Positions 1-13,320 of a stretch of 64,000 nucleotides of DNA are shown here, in pieces (within the stretch, counting starts at the first letter, position 1; every line of letters starts with the position of its first letter). The position numbers and the translations under genes were made by a program. This DNA comes from Malacoraja senta (Eukaryota). The notes under the pieces are model-generated. The model made no database searches. It had not been told where the DNA came from and was given only the letters and a program-made list of their open reading frames with translations. The stretch covers positions 496,001 through 560,000 of the forward strand of contig JAXLNO010000709.1 in NCBI GenBank assembly GCA_038087875.1. Direction: 5' to 3'.

Positions 1-12
1 AAATCTATTCGG

Positions 13-318
13 GAGGCACGGTGGTGCAGCGGTAGAGTTGCTGCTTTACACTGCTTTCAGCGCCGGAGACCCGGGTTCAAACCCGACTACGGATGCTGTC
101 TGTACGGAGTTTGTACATTCTTCCTGTGACCGAGTGGGTTTTCTCCGAGATCTTCGGGTTCCTTCCCCTCTCCAAAGACGCAGGTTAATTGGCTTGGTAA
201 ATGTAAAAATTGTCCCTAGTGTGTAGGATAGTGTTAATGTGCGGGGATCGCTGGTCGGCACGGATCCGGTAGGCCAAAGGGCCTGTTTCCGCGCTGTATC
301 TCTCTATCTAAAACAAAA
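13..318 (+). mobile_element. HE1-like tRNA-derived V-SINE
   Basis: Pol III A-box (tggtgcagcgg) and B-box (ggttcaaacc), central core gtacggagtttgtacattc...ctccaaagacg, LINE-like tail gggcctgtttccgcgctgtatctc; about 12 similar copies in the window. Confidence 0.85.
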
Positions 319-696
319 ACTATTCCCACTTCTTGGAACTACATATGAAATAAGGATGATCAATGAGCATCATTAGTTTTTCTGTTCCATCAGCTGCTAG
401 TACAGTGGATAGGGCGTCATGCTGAGAATGCAACATTATAAAATTCCTTTGGGAATATTGTGCAGCAAGCAGGAAACCAAGATGGAAATAAAATGAAAAT
501 AAATGTTCATTGTACAGTGATCGGTCCCTTACCTCTCTCCTGCTTTTAGTAAGTTGGCTCAGTGTGGGCTGATTCTTCCTGAAGAGATTGTGGTTTATTC
601 TCTCTGACGTCCATGTTAAAGGCACTCTTTCTCACAGCTTTACACAGATACGAAGGATGATCTTCTCCCAGGGCCCTGTCATGGTACATTTTCATA

Positions 697-1100
697 AGTT
701 CATTAGTTTATAAGTTGTAGGAGCAGAATTAGGCCATTCAGCCCATCAGGTCTACTCCACCATTCAATCATGTCTGATCTTTCTTTCCCTCTTAACCTCA
801 TTCTCCTGCCCTCTCCCCATAACCCCTGACACCCGTACTAATGAAGAATCTATCAATCTCCACCATAACAATATCCATTGACTTGGCCTCCACAACCTTC
901 TGTGGCAATGAAGTCCACATATTCACCACCCTCTGACTAAAGAAATTCCTCCTCATCTCCTTTCTAAAGGAACGTCCTTTTATTCTGAGGCTAGGGCCTC
1001 TTGTTCTACACTCTCCCACTAGTGGAAACATCTTCTCCACAAACACTCCATCCAGGCCTTTCACTATTTGGTAAGTTTCAATGAGGTCCCCCCCTCATCC
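697..1100 (-). mobile_element. CR1-clade LINE 3' fragment
   Basis: ORF 798-1064 encodes the CR1 ORF2 C-terminus (RTRG.SLRIKG..F.KEMRRNFFSQRVVN.W.SLP), followed by the CR1 3' UTR. Confidence 0.85.
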
Positions 1101-1959
1101 TTTTCAGCAAGGTAAAGTTCCACTGCTGGGAATTCTGAATGTGCTATTTTCTTAGGATGTCCTTTCTTTCTGTTTGAGTTGTAAGGGTCTTACAGTGTGG
1201 AAACAGGTCCTTCGGCCCAACTTGCCCACATTAGCCAACATGTCCCATCAACACTAGTCTCACCTTCCTGTGTTTGGCCCATCTCCCTCTACACCTGTCT
1301 TATCCATGTTTTGGAAAGTTAACCTGCTGCGAAGGTTGCAGCTGGGTTGGTACTTTACAAACGTGGGGGGCGGAAGGTAATTTTATGCTTCTTATTACGG
1401 GTCTTACAAAACTGAGGGAAGCAGAAATGGAATTGATTGATATAGAGACAGAGATAGATAAATTCTTGATTAGCAAGGAGGTCAGGGGTTATAGTGAGAA
1501 GGCAGGAGAATGGGGTTAGGTGAGAACCATGATTGAATGGCCTAATTCTGCTATCACATGACCTTATATGAACATATGTGGTGTAATGAGGAAAGTGACA
1601 GGGGGTGGGGAGTATGATATAATCCCATGAGGAGTGCTTCATTTTAATATGCAGACAAATTTGTCTGCATATTACAGATTTGTCCACAGGTGTATTTTTT
1701 TCACTCCCAGTCACGTGGGAAATTGAAGGCAAGTTAGTTCCACAGTGGCTCTCTCTCAATTCTCTCTGCCTAGGGAGTTATAGCATAAAATCCTAAGTAT
1801 TTACTTTCACTGCTTAGTGACCACAGTTGGTTGAGATACTAATGTGAAACAGCAAATTAATGGCATATGCTGTATACATTTTTATCCCATCCTTTATGTA
1901 TTATTTGTCTCTTCGTCTATTTTTTTACATTCTACTGTTTTGACCCCTCCCTTCTGCTC

Positions 1960-2265
1960 TCCAGGAAGAGAGGGAGAGAAGGGGGTTTGGGGCATGGAAG
2001 GGAGAGCTGGGGAGAGGGAAGAAGGGAAGTAGAGCTGAGAGGAAGAGATTTAGTTGGAGAGAGAGATAGGAGTGGGAAAGGGAAAAGGAAAAAGAAAGAG
2101 AAATGTGAAAAAGAGAGGTATGGGGTCAGTGGGAGGGGAGAATGCATATGGGAGAGAGGGAGTGGGAGTTGGAGAGAGAAGGGGAGAGAGGGAAAGGAGA
2201 GACAGAGGGAAGGGGAGAGAGAGAGAGAGAGAGAATTGGAGAGACGTGAAAAGAGAGAAAGAGAT
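1960..2265 (+). repeat. Polypurine (GA-rich) low-complexity tract
   Basis: About 300 bp of mostly G/A, including (GA)n. Confidence 0.8.
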
Positions 2266-2644
2266 GCACTGACTTGATTACTAAATCCTGTGTAAACATC
2301 TGGATTCAGCTCTTTTCAATGAATGGTGAAAAAGGTTGATTTTTAGAATGTAAGCTTAACAGGGATTGTAGCCAAGGTGTTTGATGATGACCCATATGGT
2401 GGGTTTGAAGGAAATTGTGAATCTGCATGCGATTTGGAAGAGTGTGGAAATCTCAGGGCTGTTGGTTACCATGACATGTACGAGTGCCAGGAAGAATTTG
2501 AAGATCTTTAAGAATTAAATTAAATTAAGCTATTAGAGACTATTAAGGTAAAACATTTCTGGACCATTCAAATTGCAAACCATTTGACATTCAAACATAT
2601 GGTAATTTATTATATTCATGAATGATGTAATTAATTATTTTTAA

Positions 2645-3000
2645 TCACTTGGCAAAGGCATAGATTGAGTGGATGTGGAAATGATGTTTCCATTGGTGGG
2701 AGAGTCTAGGACCAGAAGTCATAGCCTCATAATTAAAGGGCACTCTTTTAGAAAGGAGGCGAGGAGGAAGTTCTTTAGTTAATCTGTGAAACTCATTGCC
2801 ATAGAGGGCTGTGGAGGCCGTCAGTGGATATTTGGCAAGGCAGAGATAGACAAATTCTTGATTAGAACGGGTGTCGAGGGTTATGAGGAAAAGGCAGGAA
2901 AATGGGATTAGGAGGCAGAGATCAGCCATGATTGAATGGTGAAGTGGACTCGATGGGCCAAATGGCCTAATTCTACTCCTGTAACTTGTGAACTTGTGAA
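2645..3000 (+). mobile_element. CR1-clade LINE 3' fragment
   Basis: ggagagtctaggaccag...ttatgaggaaaaggcagg...gggccaaatggcctaattctactcct, same family as 697-1100. Confidence 0.8.
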
Positions 3001-3505
3001 TTCCAATTAAATCTGAGTTCAAAATCCTGAAATCAAGGAACAGAAGGAGGCCATTAGAACAATAATCCACGAGCAGCTCTGATGGAGCTATTAATTGAAG
3101 TAAACTTTGCCATTAGTTCTCCAGAGCATTGTAATACCTTTGGTTGCAGCTGGAATCCATAATTCTTTAAAACTTACTACTCATCTGCTCCCACATTTCT
3201 TTCAGATGGTTCATTCCAGATGACAAAACCGTAATCCCCTGAAATCTGTGTTCTCAGGTTATTCTCTCTTCTGCCACTGGAAACATTTTCTCTTAATTGC
3301 GCTATCGAAATCAACTAAATGTTTTCCTTCTACCAAATCTCATAATCTTTTTTCACTCTGAGGAGAACAATCCTAGGTTCAGATTTAAAGCATTGAATCA
3401 TTAAAACAAAGAAGAATTGGAGCAGGAGTAGGCCATTTGGTCTCTTGGGCCAACCATCTTCAATGATTTTCCTTTCATTGTAAGTTTAGAAATTATTATC
3501 TGCGT

Positions 3506-4150
3506 TACATAGAAACATAGAAAATAGGTGCAGGAGAAGGACATTCGGCCCTTCGAGCCAGCACCGTCATTCATTGTGATCATGGCTGAATCAATAACTT
3601 CTCCCCATATCCCTTGACTCCACTAGCCCCTAGAGTTCTATCTAACTCTCTCTTAAATCCATCCAGTGATTTGGCCTCCACTGCCCTCTGTGGCAGGGAA
3701 TTCCACAAATTCACAACTCTCTGGGTGAAAACGTTTTTACTCACCTCAGTCTTAAATGACCTCCCCTTTATTCTAAGACTGTGGCCCCTGGTTCTGGACT
3801 CGCCCAACATTAGGAACATTTTTCCTGCATCTAGCTTGTCCAGTCCTTTTATAATTTTATATGTTTCTATAAGATCCCGCCTCATCCTTCTAAACTCCAG
3901 TGAATACAAGCCTAATCTTTCCTAATATGACAGTCCCGCCATCCCAGGGATCAATCTCGTGAGCCTACGCTGCACTGCCTCAATCACAAGGATGTCCTTC
4001 CTCAAATTAGGAGACCAAAACTGTACACAATACTCCAGATGTGGTCTCACCAGAGCCCTATACAACTGCAGAAGAACCTCTCTACTCCTATACTGAAATC
4101 CTCTTGTTGTGAAGGCCAACATTCCATTAGCTTTCTTCACTGCCTGCTGC
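3506..4150 (-). mobile_element. CR1-clade LINE 3' fragment
   Basis: ORFs encode KKANGML...LYRALVRPHLEYCVQFWSP and YSLEFRR.R.DLIETYK; (tttctatg)n tail. Confidence 0.9.
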
Positions 4151-4209
4151 GTTCACTGATTATTGCAGAGTCTTCATTCCCATTGATATTTAGTTTGATA
4201 GTAATAGAT

Positions 4210-4507
4210 GGGGCGGCAGAGTGGCACAACACTTGCTGCCTTACAGCGTCAATGACCCGGGTTCGATTCTGACTACGGGTACTGTCTGTACAGAGTTCTC
4301 CCTGTGACCTGCGTGGGCTTTCTTCAGATGGTCCGGTGGTTCGGTTTCTTCCCACACTCCAAAGACATGCAGGTTTCTAGGTTAATTGGCTTTGGTTAAA
4401 TTGCCCCCTAGTGTGTAGGATAGTGCTTGTGTACGGGGTGATCATTGGTCAGTGTGTAATTAGTGGGCCAAAGGGCCTGTTTCTGCGATGTATCTCTAAA
4501 GTCTAAA
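4210..4507 (+). mobile_element. HE1-like SINE
   Basis: B-box ggttcgattc, V-SINE core and gggcctgtttc..tgtatctctaaa tail. Confidence 0.8.
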
Positions 4508-6329
4508 GCCTGGCATCTACACAGCAGTGCCCAGATACCATTCCAATATAGGTTGACAATGATCAAGGGACATTCAAGCCAAGAGAGTTTCAGATGTTCA
4601 TCTTCTCTAGTTAGGATCTAACCTAATATCTTATCCAATAAGATTACCAGTGTTGAATCTGCCTTCACTCATCCTGAGGGTCACAACTGAAATGTAACTG
4701 AACCAGCCTTTAAATATAAGCTCATTTATTAGACATTTAACTATGTTAAACACTCATCACCATCAATGTTATGGGTATGTACAGGATAATCTTGTCAAGG
4801 GTTCGTTGATACCAAGCCAAACTTGCAACCTGAATTACCAAGAATGACAAGGGTAATGGTATCAGAAATGCTCTAACCTAATAATTCTCCTCCCCTTTTC
4901 TTCTTTTCGTGTCCATCTTGTTACAAATGTTGACCTCGTTGTCATTGTCCGCCCTGAAAAGGACACAAGCTTTCGGCGACAATCAGTGGAAGCCATCACT
5001 TGTCGCAATAGATGACGATGGTAGCAGAATTACCTCAGCATACTTCCAGTTTCCAGCTCCGCGACGTGGATGCTTCTGCCTTGGGGCCATTCTCCTCCCT
5101 ATCATCCACATACTGATTTTGGAATTCTTTTCTTCTTGCTGGGCCTCAGTCTTATAACTCTTTCTCTATGCAATAGATTTACATTTATCAATGGATTACA
5201 CCAGTCCCTCAAGGCAACAGTTAAGGGCAGAAGAGGATGGACAAGAAAGAGTGGCCATATTCTTGAAAATAAATTCAAAAAATAGTGAGACAAATGTATT
5301 GAATCAGTGAGTTATGGTTTTGATTGCTCAGCTTTAAGGGATATAGAAGATACAATAAATTCCAGCCAGAAGAAACCATGAAAGGGGAGAGAGTTGCAGG
5401 ACAATGGGGAAAGGGCAGGAGAATGGGAATAATGGGTGAATTCTTTCAAAGAGCCAGAGCAGACAGAATATTTTGAAAAGCATACTTTTATCATTCATAG
5501 AGATCAGATTAGAACAGAGTTGGACTGGACTGATTCTTCTCATTCTCCTGTTGTGATTTAAGGCTCCAAGCAAATACACAAAGATGCATAGCTTTTGAGC
5601 AAGGACAACACAACAGACATTTCTTTCAGCACAACCTAAAGGGTTTGTGAAACTTGATGTGAATGCCTAGCACAGATTGATATTTACGGTATCAGTCGTT
5701 GGAGCTTGAAGTAGTTTCCTCAATCTTCATGGTCCTGAACGGATGGGAATTTTGGGGAATTTGCACACCAGGTTCCTGTGACTAGAGTTATATTTGTCGT
5801 TTTGTCACTTCTGGATTCTTTTGGAAGGAAAAAAAAAAAGAGGATGTGAAAGTCCAATTTGTTTTTATCTATTGCTGCCATTAATCAAAATGGTTGATCT
5901 ACTTTCATGTAAAGTTAGGATTTGTTGAATTAGAACATAAAAGCATATTTCCAATAAACCCTTTCAAGTAGGCAGGTACTGGGACTCAGACCAACGTCTG
6001 TGGAACACATGTTTGTCCTGTTATTCAGAAGTAGATCATTTTTCTTTAATATCTCTGTATCGTTGACTCAGACTTGTGCCTCTACATTCTGTCGAGCAAT
6101 TACATCATTTGTTTTTAAGAAGCTTTTATATAGTTAACTGAGAATTATTTTCGAACAATGTGTTCTTGTATTTTTCTTCAATCTCCCGTATTGGCTGAGG
6201 GAGGAGGACACTGGCCATTTTATGGGCTGCTCTGTAATTATCCACAAGGAGGCGCTCAACATTGCCCCGAGATGATAAAACTCAGGCCTCTGATCTTCAT
6301 ATGAGTTATTGCTCCCCCTCTACATATGA

Positions 6330-7360
6330 ATGTTTTAGAACTAGCAAAGGAGGACCAAGAGATTGATAGAAAGGGCAAGGTAGAGCATGAGAACAAAGGC
6401 AAGATAGAAAATAGCTAAAGAACAGATGTTAAGACTAATGAGGGGAAATGTGGGTTCCCTATGGACAGAGATGGGAGAATTTATAACGTGGAATAAGGAA
6501 ATGTCAGATTAATTAAACATTTACACTCTGTCTGTGTTCATGGAAGAAAACACACAAAATCCTGTCTGATATAATAGAGAACCAGTTTAGAGAGGAAGAG
6601 GAACTAAAACAAAGTAGATAGTAATCAAAAAATATTCCAGAGAAATTGATAACAATAAAAAGTGCTAAATTTTACGGGATGTTACAACTTGGATCACATA
6701 GTTCTGAAGAGGGGGCTATGGAGATAATGAATGCTTTATTTATCATCCCTAAAAATTCTATAGATTCTGGCATTGTTGTTATGGAATGGAAAGTATTCTA
6801 TTCAAGAAATAACGGGGAGAGGAAAAACTACAACCACTAGTTGTCCCTTACCTATTCTCGTGGCCACATCCTCAAGAAAGTCCCAACAGATTCATCAAGG
6901 ACTGGACAGAAGATCTCTTAGGCTGTAGACAAAAATGCTGGAGAAACCCAGCGGGTGAGGCAGCATCTATGGAGCGAAGCATCTATCTTCGCTCCATAGA
7001 TGCTGCCTCACCCGCTGAGTTTCTCCAGCATTTTTGTCTACCTTCGATTTTCCAGCATCTGCAGTTCCTTCTTAAACATCTCTTAGGCTGTCATCAGTAG
7101 TAAAGAAAATGCTATAATGTATAATGCAAAAACAGAAGATAACGGGGGGAAAAATAAGAGAGAGCATAATCTGCATAGATTTCTGAACTAAAATTCATAT
7201 TTAACTGTCAGTGAAAATTAAGTTAAAAAAAAAATAATGGACTTTGCGCGTCCTTGACCAATCAGCTGGAGTTTCTTGAGGATGTGGCCCATAGAATGAC
7301 AAAGGGAGAACTAGTGGATGTGGTTTATTTGAATTTCAAACGGCTTTCAATAAGGTCCTA
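6330..7360 (+). mobile_element. Old degenerate CR1 ORF2 (RT) fragment, interrupted by a Penelope-like palindrome
   Basis: Decayed matches to the [16 protein letters not shown] and [22 protein letters not shown] segments of the CR1 ORF2 at 41548-43851. Confidence 0.6.
6927..7077. mobile_element. Penelope-like pseudo-LTR-derived palindromic insertion
   Basis: About 55-bp inverted arms around a 7-nt spacer; direct repeat atctcttaggctgt at 6913-6926 and 7078-7091. Confidence 0.8.
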
Positions 7361-7719
7361 CACAGAACGTTCTCCTACTTTTGCTTCTATTTCGTATCCC
7401 CTTAATTTTCATTGATAGGCTGTGCAAAGATATACTTGGTCTTTAATAGTCATTTGATAGTCAAATACATAAGGTCATCAGGTCATAAGTAATAGGAGCA
7501 GAATTAGGCCAATTGGTCCATCAAGTCTACTCTGCCATTCAATCATGGCTGATCTATTTCTCCCTCCTAACCCCACTCTCCTGCCTTCTCCCCATAACCC
7601 CTGACCCCCATACGAATCAAGAATCTTATCTCTCTCTGCCTTAAAAATATCTCAGCGGGACAGACAGCATCTCTGGAGAGAAGAGATGGGTGATGTTTTG
7701 GGTCGAGACCCGTCTTCAG

Positions 7720-8010
7720 GTACTTCAGGTGAAAAGCTTTTGTTACATGCTGACTAGTCAGCGGAAAGACAATATATGATACAATCGAGCCATCCGCAGT
7801 GTACAGATACATGATAAAGGGAATAATGTGATTAATGTTTAATGCAAGATAGAGTCCAGTAATGTCCAATTAAAGATAGTCCGAAGGTCTCCAATGAGGT
7901 ATATAGTAGCCTTGGACTGCCCTCTAGTTGTTGGCTGGATGGTACAGTTGCCTGGTAACAGCTGGGAAGAAACTATCCTTGAATCTGGAAGTGTGCATTT
8001 TCACACTTCT
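7720..8010 (-). mobile_element. Rex1/Babar LINE 3' end
   Basis: Same 3' UTR as the Rex1-like copies at 37920-38190 and 48740-49570. Confidence 0.65.
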
Positions 8011-9669
8011 ACAACTCTTTTACTTTTATTACAGAATATTTTTTTTATCTTGTAATGGAATCACAATACATTCAGTTTACTTTGGGAAGTGTAAGGGCAG
8101 ACTTCTAGGCAGCATTGTTCCAAAATATAGCTTGCTGGTCATACTTTGTATCATCTCTTCTTTAATATTTTTTAATACATTTGGTACAAAAGATGTGTTG
8201 GATGGAGATGGGTGAGATGGCCTTGCATTATAGCCTGCCTCATGTGTGGCAGCATCTCACTTGGGTGCATTCCTTAGCATCAATTCCTGAAGCCTGGAGT
8301 GGTAAAGTTTATTTATTGACAGCTTGTTCAGCTGGAAAACCATCAGGTTTCAAGAGTAATAGTGTGTCTTGCACTGGATTACTACTCAAGTATGGATTCG
8401 GGGCCTTTATAACAGGAACGTGAGAGCCGTATTCTTAAAATAAATGTGCCCAAATATATCTAATTTCTTACCGAATACTACCTGGTGACTCTGGATTAAG
8501 GCAACTTTATTTTTAATTGACACAAAGCTTGCGCTGTGTAAGCTTCTTAATGAATTTGTCAGAAAATTGCACTCAATAAATATAGTCTGACTATGGAAAA
8601 AAAAATCACGACTGCATGAAAAACTAGACATTCAGACCCATACGAACTGGTGTGTATTTTCCAGAGCCACATTTTTTTTTAAATGAAAGAAAGTATGTCT
8701 CAGTTTGATAAATGAAAAATTATAAGAAAACACAAAATGGCTTATCCAGTAAACAGATGTGTTGAGATGATTAGATGTGGAGAGTTAATAGATTTGTTGG
8801 TTTTTATTGGGAAAATCTGTCTCACGTCTTACATCACTGACTGCTACTAGAAGACACCATTGAGGATACGCTGAATGGGGGTGGGGAACTAAGCTAATGA
8901 ATAGCAGCTGTATCTAGAAATGAGCAACAAAAGCTGGAGATTGACCTGTTAAACGCATAGAGAAAAGATATTTACGTGGCTTTCCATGTAGATGAGTAAG
9001 AATCCTACAGGATTCATTGTTTTATGCCATCGCCATAACAAACCTGTGTTACACAGCTGTGCAATATATACACACTAAATGTTCCCACACTCCAGCATAT
9101 CTCATGGATTCCAAGTGCCAGCATCATCAGATTACTTCACAACCTATTTCTGACGAAATGTTTAAGTAGCTTCTCTACTTTTCCGTGTTCCTGGATATCT
9201 TGTGGTGACACTGTGTCAGTGGGGTATGTGGAAATGTATTTGGAGCAATATAGTAAAGGTAGCAGCCCCCTAAATTCATGGGCAATATGCTGACTGTCTC
9301 TGCCTAAACCCAGGCACATTACTTGGCTGGGTCAGGCAGTGGCCAAGATATCACTTGGGGGGCCTTTTGGGGTCCTTTCTTCAGCCGCCCCCAGAGATTT
9401 CCATGTCCATTTGCTGCACCTCTGAGATTTGTGTTAGTGGTTAGGGTGGGAGAGTCTGTGTTAAAACGGTCCTCGGATATGTAGACTCGGGCATTTTCTT
9501 CTTCCCATAAACCCTTACTGGAACAAACTTCCACCTTTTTACCACGTCCCTTTTGAAAATCTTCAGCACACAATCTTTCTGATCTTGGTGAGTCTTTTGA
9601 AATCAAGGGTGAAACCCACTGTCACAAAGACTCAAATTATCTCAGTCAAGGTCATGATGCAGAATATGA

Positions 9670-10486
9670 GGCAGTACAGTGGCGCAGGGGTAGAGTTGCA
9701 GCCTTGAAGTGCCAGAGACCAGGGTTCAATCCTGACCATGGGTGCTGACAGTACGGAGTTTGTACATTTTTACAAATTGTAAATTGTCCCTTGTGTGTAG
9801 GATAGTGTTAGTGCATGAGGTCATAAGGTCATGTGATAGGATAGAATTAGGCCATTCGGCCCATCAAATCTACTCCGCTATTCAATTATGGCTGATCCAT
9901 CTCTCCCTCCTAACCCCTTTCTCCTGCCTTCTCCTCATAACCTCAGACACCCATACTAATCAAGAATTTATCTATATCTCTGCTATAAAGATATCCACTG
10001 ACTTGGCCTCCACAGCCTTCTGTGGCAAAGAATTCCACAGATTCACCACCCTCTGACCGAAAACATTTCTCCTCATCTTCCTAAAAGAACCTTTAATTCT
10101 GAGGCTATGACCTCTAGTCATAGACTCTCACACTAATGGAAACATCCTCTCAACATCCACTCTATCCAAGCCTTTCACTATTTTGTATGTTTCAATGAGG
10201 TTCCCCCTCATTATTCTAAACTCCAGCGAGTACAGGCCCAGTGCCGACAAACGCTCATCATAGGTTAACCTACTCATTCCTGGGATCATTCTTGTAAACC
10301 TCCTCTGGACCTTCTCCAGAGCCAGCACATCCTTCCTCAGATATGGTGCCCAAAATTGCTCACAATATTCCAAATGAAGCCTTACCAGCACCTTAAAGAG
10401 CCTCAGCATATTACCAGTCGGTACGAACTCGGTGGGCCGAAGGGCCTGTTTCTGTGCTAAATCTCTAAACTAAACTAAACTAAACT
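9670..10486 (+). mobile_element. HE1-like SINE split by a minus-strand CR1 fragment (about 9820-10410)
   Basis: SINE head 9670-9815 and tail 10415-10486 ((taaac)n) flank a CR1 piece encoding LVRLHLEYCEQFWAPYLRKD. Confidence 0.8.
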
Positions 10487-11529
10487 GATATCTGGTTCCC
10501 AGACATTTAATTTCTGGATGTTTCCACTGAACCTCCTTCTAAGGTAGAGCAGGAGTTAAGTGTAAATGTCAAGGAAATTTGACCTCAAAAGGTCAGCTGC
10601 TGAGATTGCAGACTTGCAAACAGACAGTTTTGCTTAGGAAGTTATTATTAATCATGAAAGAATCACTGGTTGAAAACATAACCGTTTAAAGTGTATGCGA
10701 TGAGTAAGAGCTTTTACGTCATTCCCATGTCAGGTGAGTGGACCTCTGAATCATTGTAGGAAAGGAAAGCTGGAATAATTTTGTGCTGTTTTCATGACGA
10801 CACCATCCCCACACACCTCAGGAACACTGGAAATTTGGACACAATCTGCACATGATTTTCCAGTCATTTTAGCTGCTGCACAAAGACACAAAATCTCTTC
10901 CAGAAGTGTTTCACTCACTGACATCTGATTGCAGTTAGTGCCAACAGATTTTTTTCTGTTGGCTCTGTACTCGTGAAAAAAAAATCAAAATGAAAGTAAA
11001 AAAATTCCCAGACTGCCTCGTGGAAATGAAATCACACTTTCTGTCTGATTTCTGGTGGATTTTCACACCCAAAACCTTGTATATGGCAAAGCTGCTTTCC
11101 ATTGTTACTGTAACGCTAGCCTATTACAGGTAACATCTCAATGGCACCCAAATATATAAATGGCACAAAAAGCCTTATAACATTAAAAATAACGTTTTTT
11201 GTAGTCATAATCAAAATTTACAGCCACAACCTGCATAAGTTAATAGGTAGATATTCAACTCCCTCCCCCCCCCCCCCCCCCCTCTCCTAGGGTAGGGGGT
11301 GATCGATGTTGGTGTGTGCCAAAGGCCTGTTTCCACGCTGAATCTCAAAAATAACCTAAATTTGAAAACGTTGAAGATTATACACGACAAAAAATGAAAT
11401 TGTTGTAACGTTTCTTCACTGCTGATGTCGCTTCATGCACAGAGGATTGTAATTCCTTGGTGTTACTTTTACTTTGCAATCAATCTATAGATAGCCTCCC
11501 ATGCTTCACCCATGAATTTTTGGATGTTT

Positions 11530-11834
11530 TTAGTTCAGAGATACAGCGTGGAAACAGGTCCTTCTGCCCACTGAGTACACGCCAACAAGTGTTCCCTGCA
11601 CATTAACACTGTCCTACACACACACACTAGGGACAATTTACACACACACAAAACCAATTAACCTACAAACCTGTACATCTTTGGAGTGTGGGAGGGAATC
11701 GAACATCTGGGGGAAAAGCCCATGCTGTCAAGGGGAGAACGTACAAACTCCGTACAGGCAGCACCCGTAGTCGGGATCGAACCAGGGTCTCCGACACTGT
11801 AAGACAACAACTCTACCACTGCGCCACTGTGCCG
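11530..11834 (-). mobile_element. HE1-like SINE
   Basis: Reverse complement of the full SINE, with A/B boxes at about 11770-11834. Confidence 0.85.
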
Positions 11835-12079
11835 AGTGAAATTATTGCTTCAAATTAGCCATTTTCTGCCATCCTTGCTGCACTTTCAACAAACAAACAT
11901 TAAAAAAAAACGTTATTAACGTTGAATCATCCAATTTTGGGTAACACTTACATTAAACCTTTTAAAAATATTGTCAGTGTGAGAATCTGCTGCAGGTGTA
12001 ATGTTTGTTTTAATGGATTAATGGGATCTGCATTTCGCTGGCAAAGTCAACCATGAACTATCATTCAATGCAAGAATAA

Positions 12080-12398
12080 GAGCCCTGTCCCACTGTACGA
12101 GTCCATTCAAGAGTTCTCCCGAGTTTGCCCTGATTCGAACTCGGAGATTTACGGTAATGGCCGCTCGTCGGTACTCGGGGCTGTCGTGGACATTTTTCAA
12201 CATGTTGAAAAATCTTCACGAGTCTTCCCGAGCTTACCGCGTTTCCCCGAGTACCTGCCATTAGCGTTACGAGCCGCTAAGAGACATCCCCGAGATCCGA
12301 CGTACCCGCTACGTACATTCTATGTGCTTACCACGAGTTTGATTTTTTTTTTACCTCGGGAGAGCTCTTGAATGAACTCGTACAGTGGGACAGGGCCA
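12080..12398. mobile_element. Non-autonomous DNA transposon (MITE), PIF/Harbinger-like
   Basis: About 42-bp TIRs gccctgtcccactgtacgagt.cattcaagag.tctcccgag; 3-bp TSD taa at 12077-79 and 12399-401. Confidence 0.8.
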
Positions 12399-13069
12399 TA
12401 AACTGATGTGGGGTATATGCAGAAATTAAAACTTTGACCACATTTATAGAGGGACATTAAATACAAGTGCATTATTGCATATGTGCACATCAGTAATGTG
12501 CTTCATGATTAATGGTCACCCACGTCACCCTCCGATCCTGACTGAGTGCACCCATACATTGATATTTTCCTAATGGTGTGTGCTCCACTGTGACGGGTGT
12601 CCATTCTGCAACCTGATCATAATAACAGATTAGAAATTACCATGCCACGTACTGGTTTCAATCATCGTCAATCTCGGGCAATGGAGATCAAAGGCTCAGA
12701 TTGCTTTAGAGTTTTCTTATTATGAAGATGGAAGTTTATCAAGATGTTGGAATAGAACATTAGGAAAACAATGAGAGCACCAAATTTGCCTCGTTTGAGA
12801 GTGGCTCAAAGAAAACACAAAGCGCATGTTTTCAAGGTTGGATGTTGATGGTGCAGATAGGACATTGGTAGGGAGAATGGGAGAGAATGTCTTGGGTTGC
12901 AGGCTCAGGATTTCTCCAGCTGCACTCACTGAGAGCAGCTGCTCGCCACAAGCCCTGATGTTTAATGGTGGATATGTGAAAATTCCACGTGGCCAAACTG
13001 GCCACTTCTCATCAGGTTTTAATGAATGTACATGTATGGGCAAGTGCGCCCTGCAGCAAAATAAATTGG

Positions 13070-13320
13070 TTTAGAGATACAAGATGGAAGCAGGTCCTTC
13101 AGCCCATGCTGACCATCGATCGCCCATCCACACTAGTTCTATGTTATCCCACTTTCTCATCTACTTCCTTCACGTTAGGGGCAATTTACAGAGGCGAATG
13201 AACCTACCAAACCTGTATGTTCTTGGGACGTGGGAGGAAACCCACGGGGAGAACGTGCAAACTCCACACAGAGAGCACCCGAGGTCAGGGTCGGAACCGG
13301 TTCTCTGGCTCTGCGAGGTT
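13070..13320 (-). mobile_element. HE1-like SINE (diverged)
   Basis: tttagagatac...ggtccttcagccc tail and V-SINE core on the minus strand. Confidence 0.7.

Noticed and set aside
13..90. tRNA-like A/B boxes as genuine tRNA genes
   Set aside because: They are the heads of HE1-like SINEs, continue into the SINE body, and lack a complete cloverleaf
1867..2277. 136-aa Arg/Glu/Gly-rich ORF
   Set aside because: Translation artefact of a polypurine low-complexity tract
9137..9606. Two adjacent minus-strand ORFs, possibly an integrase or transposase relic
   Set aside because: No catalytic motif I can identify with confidence
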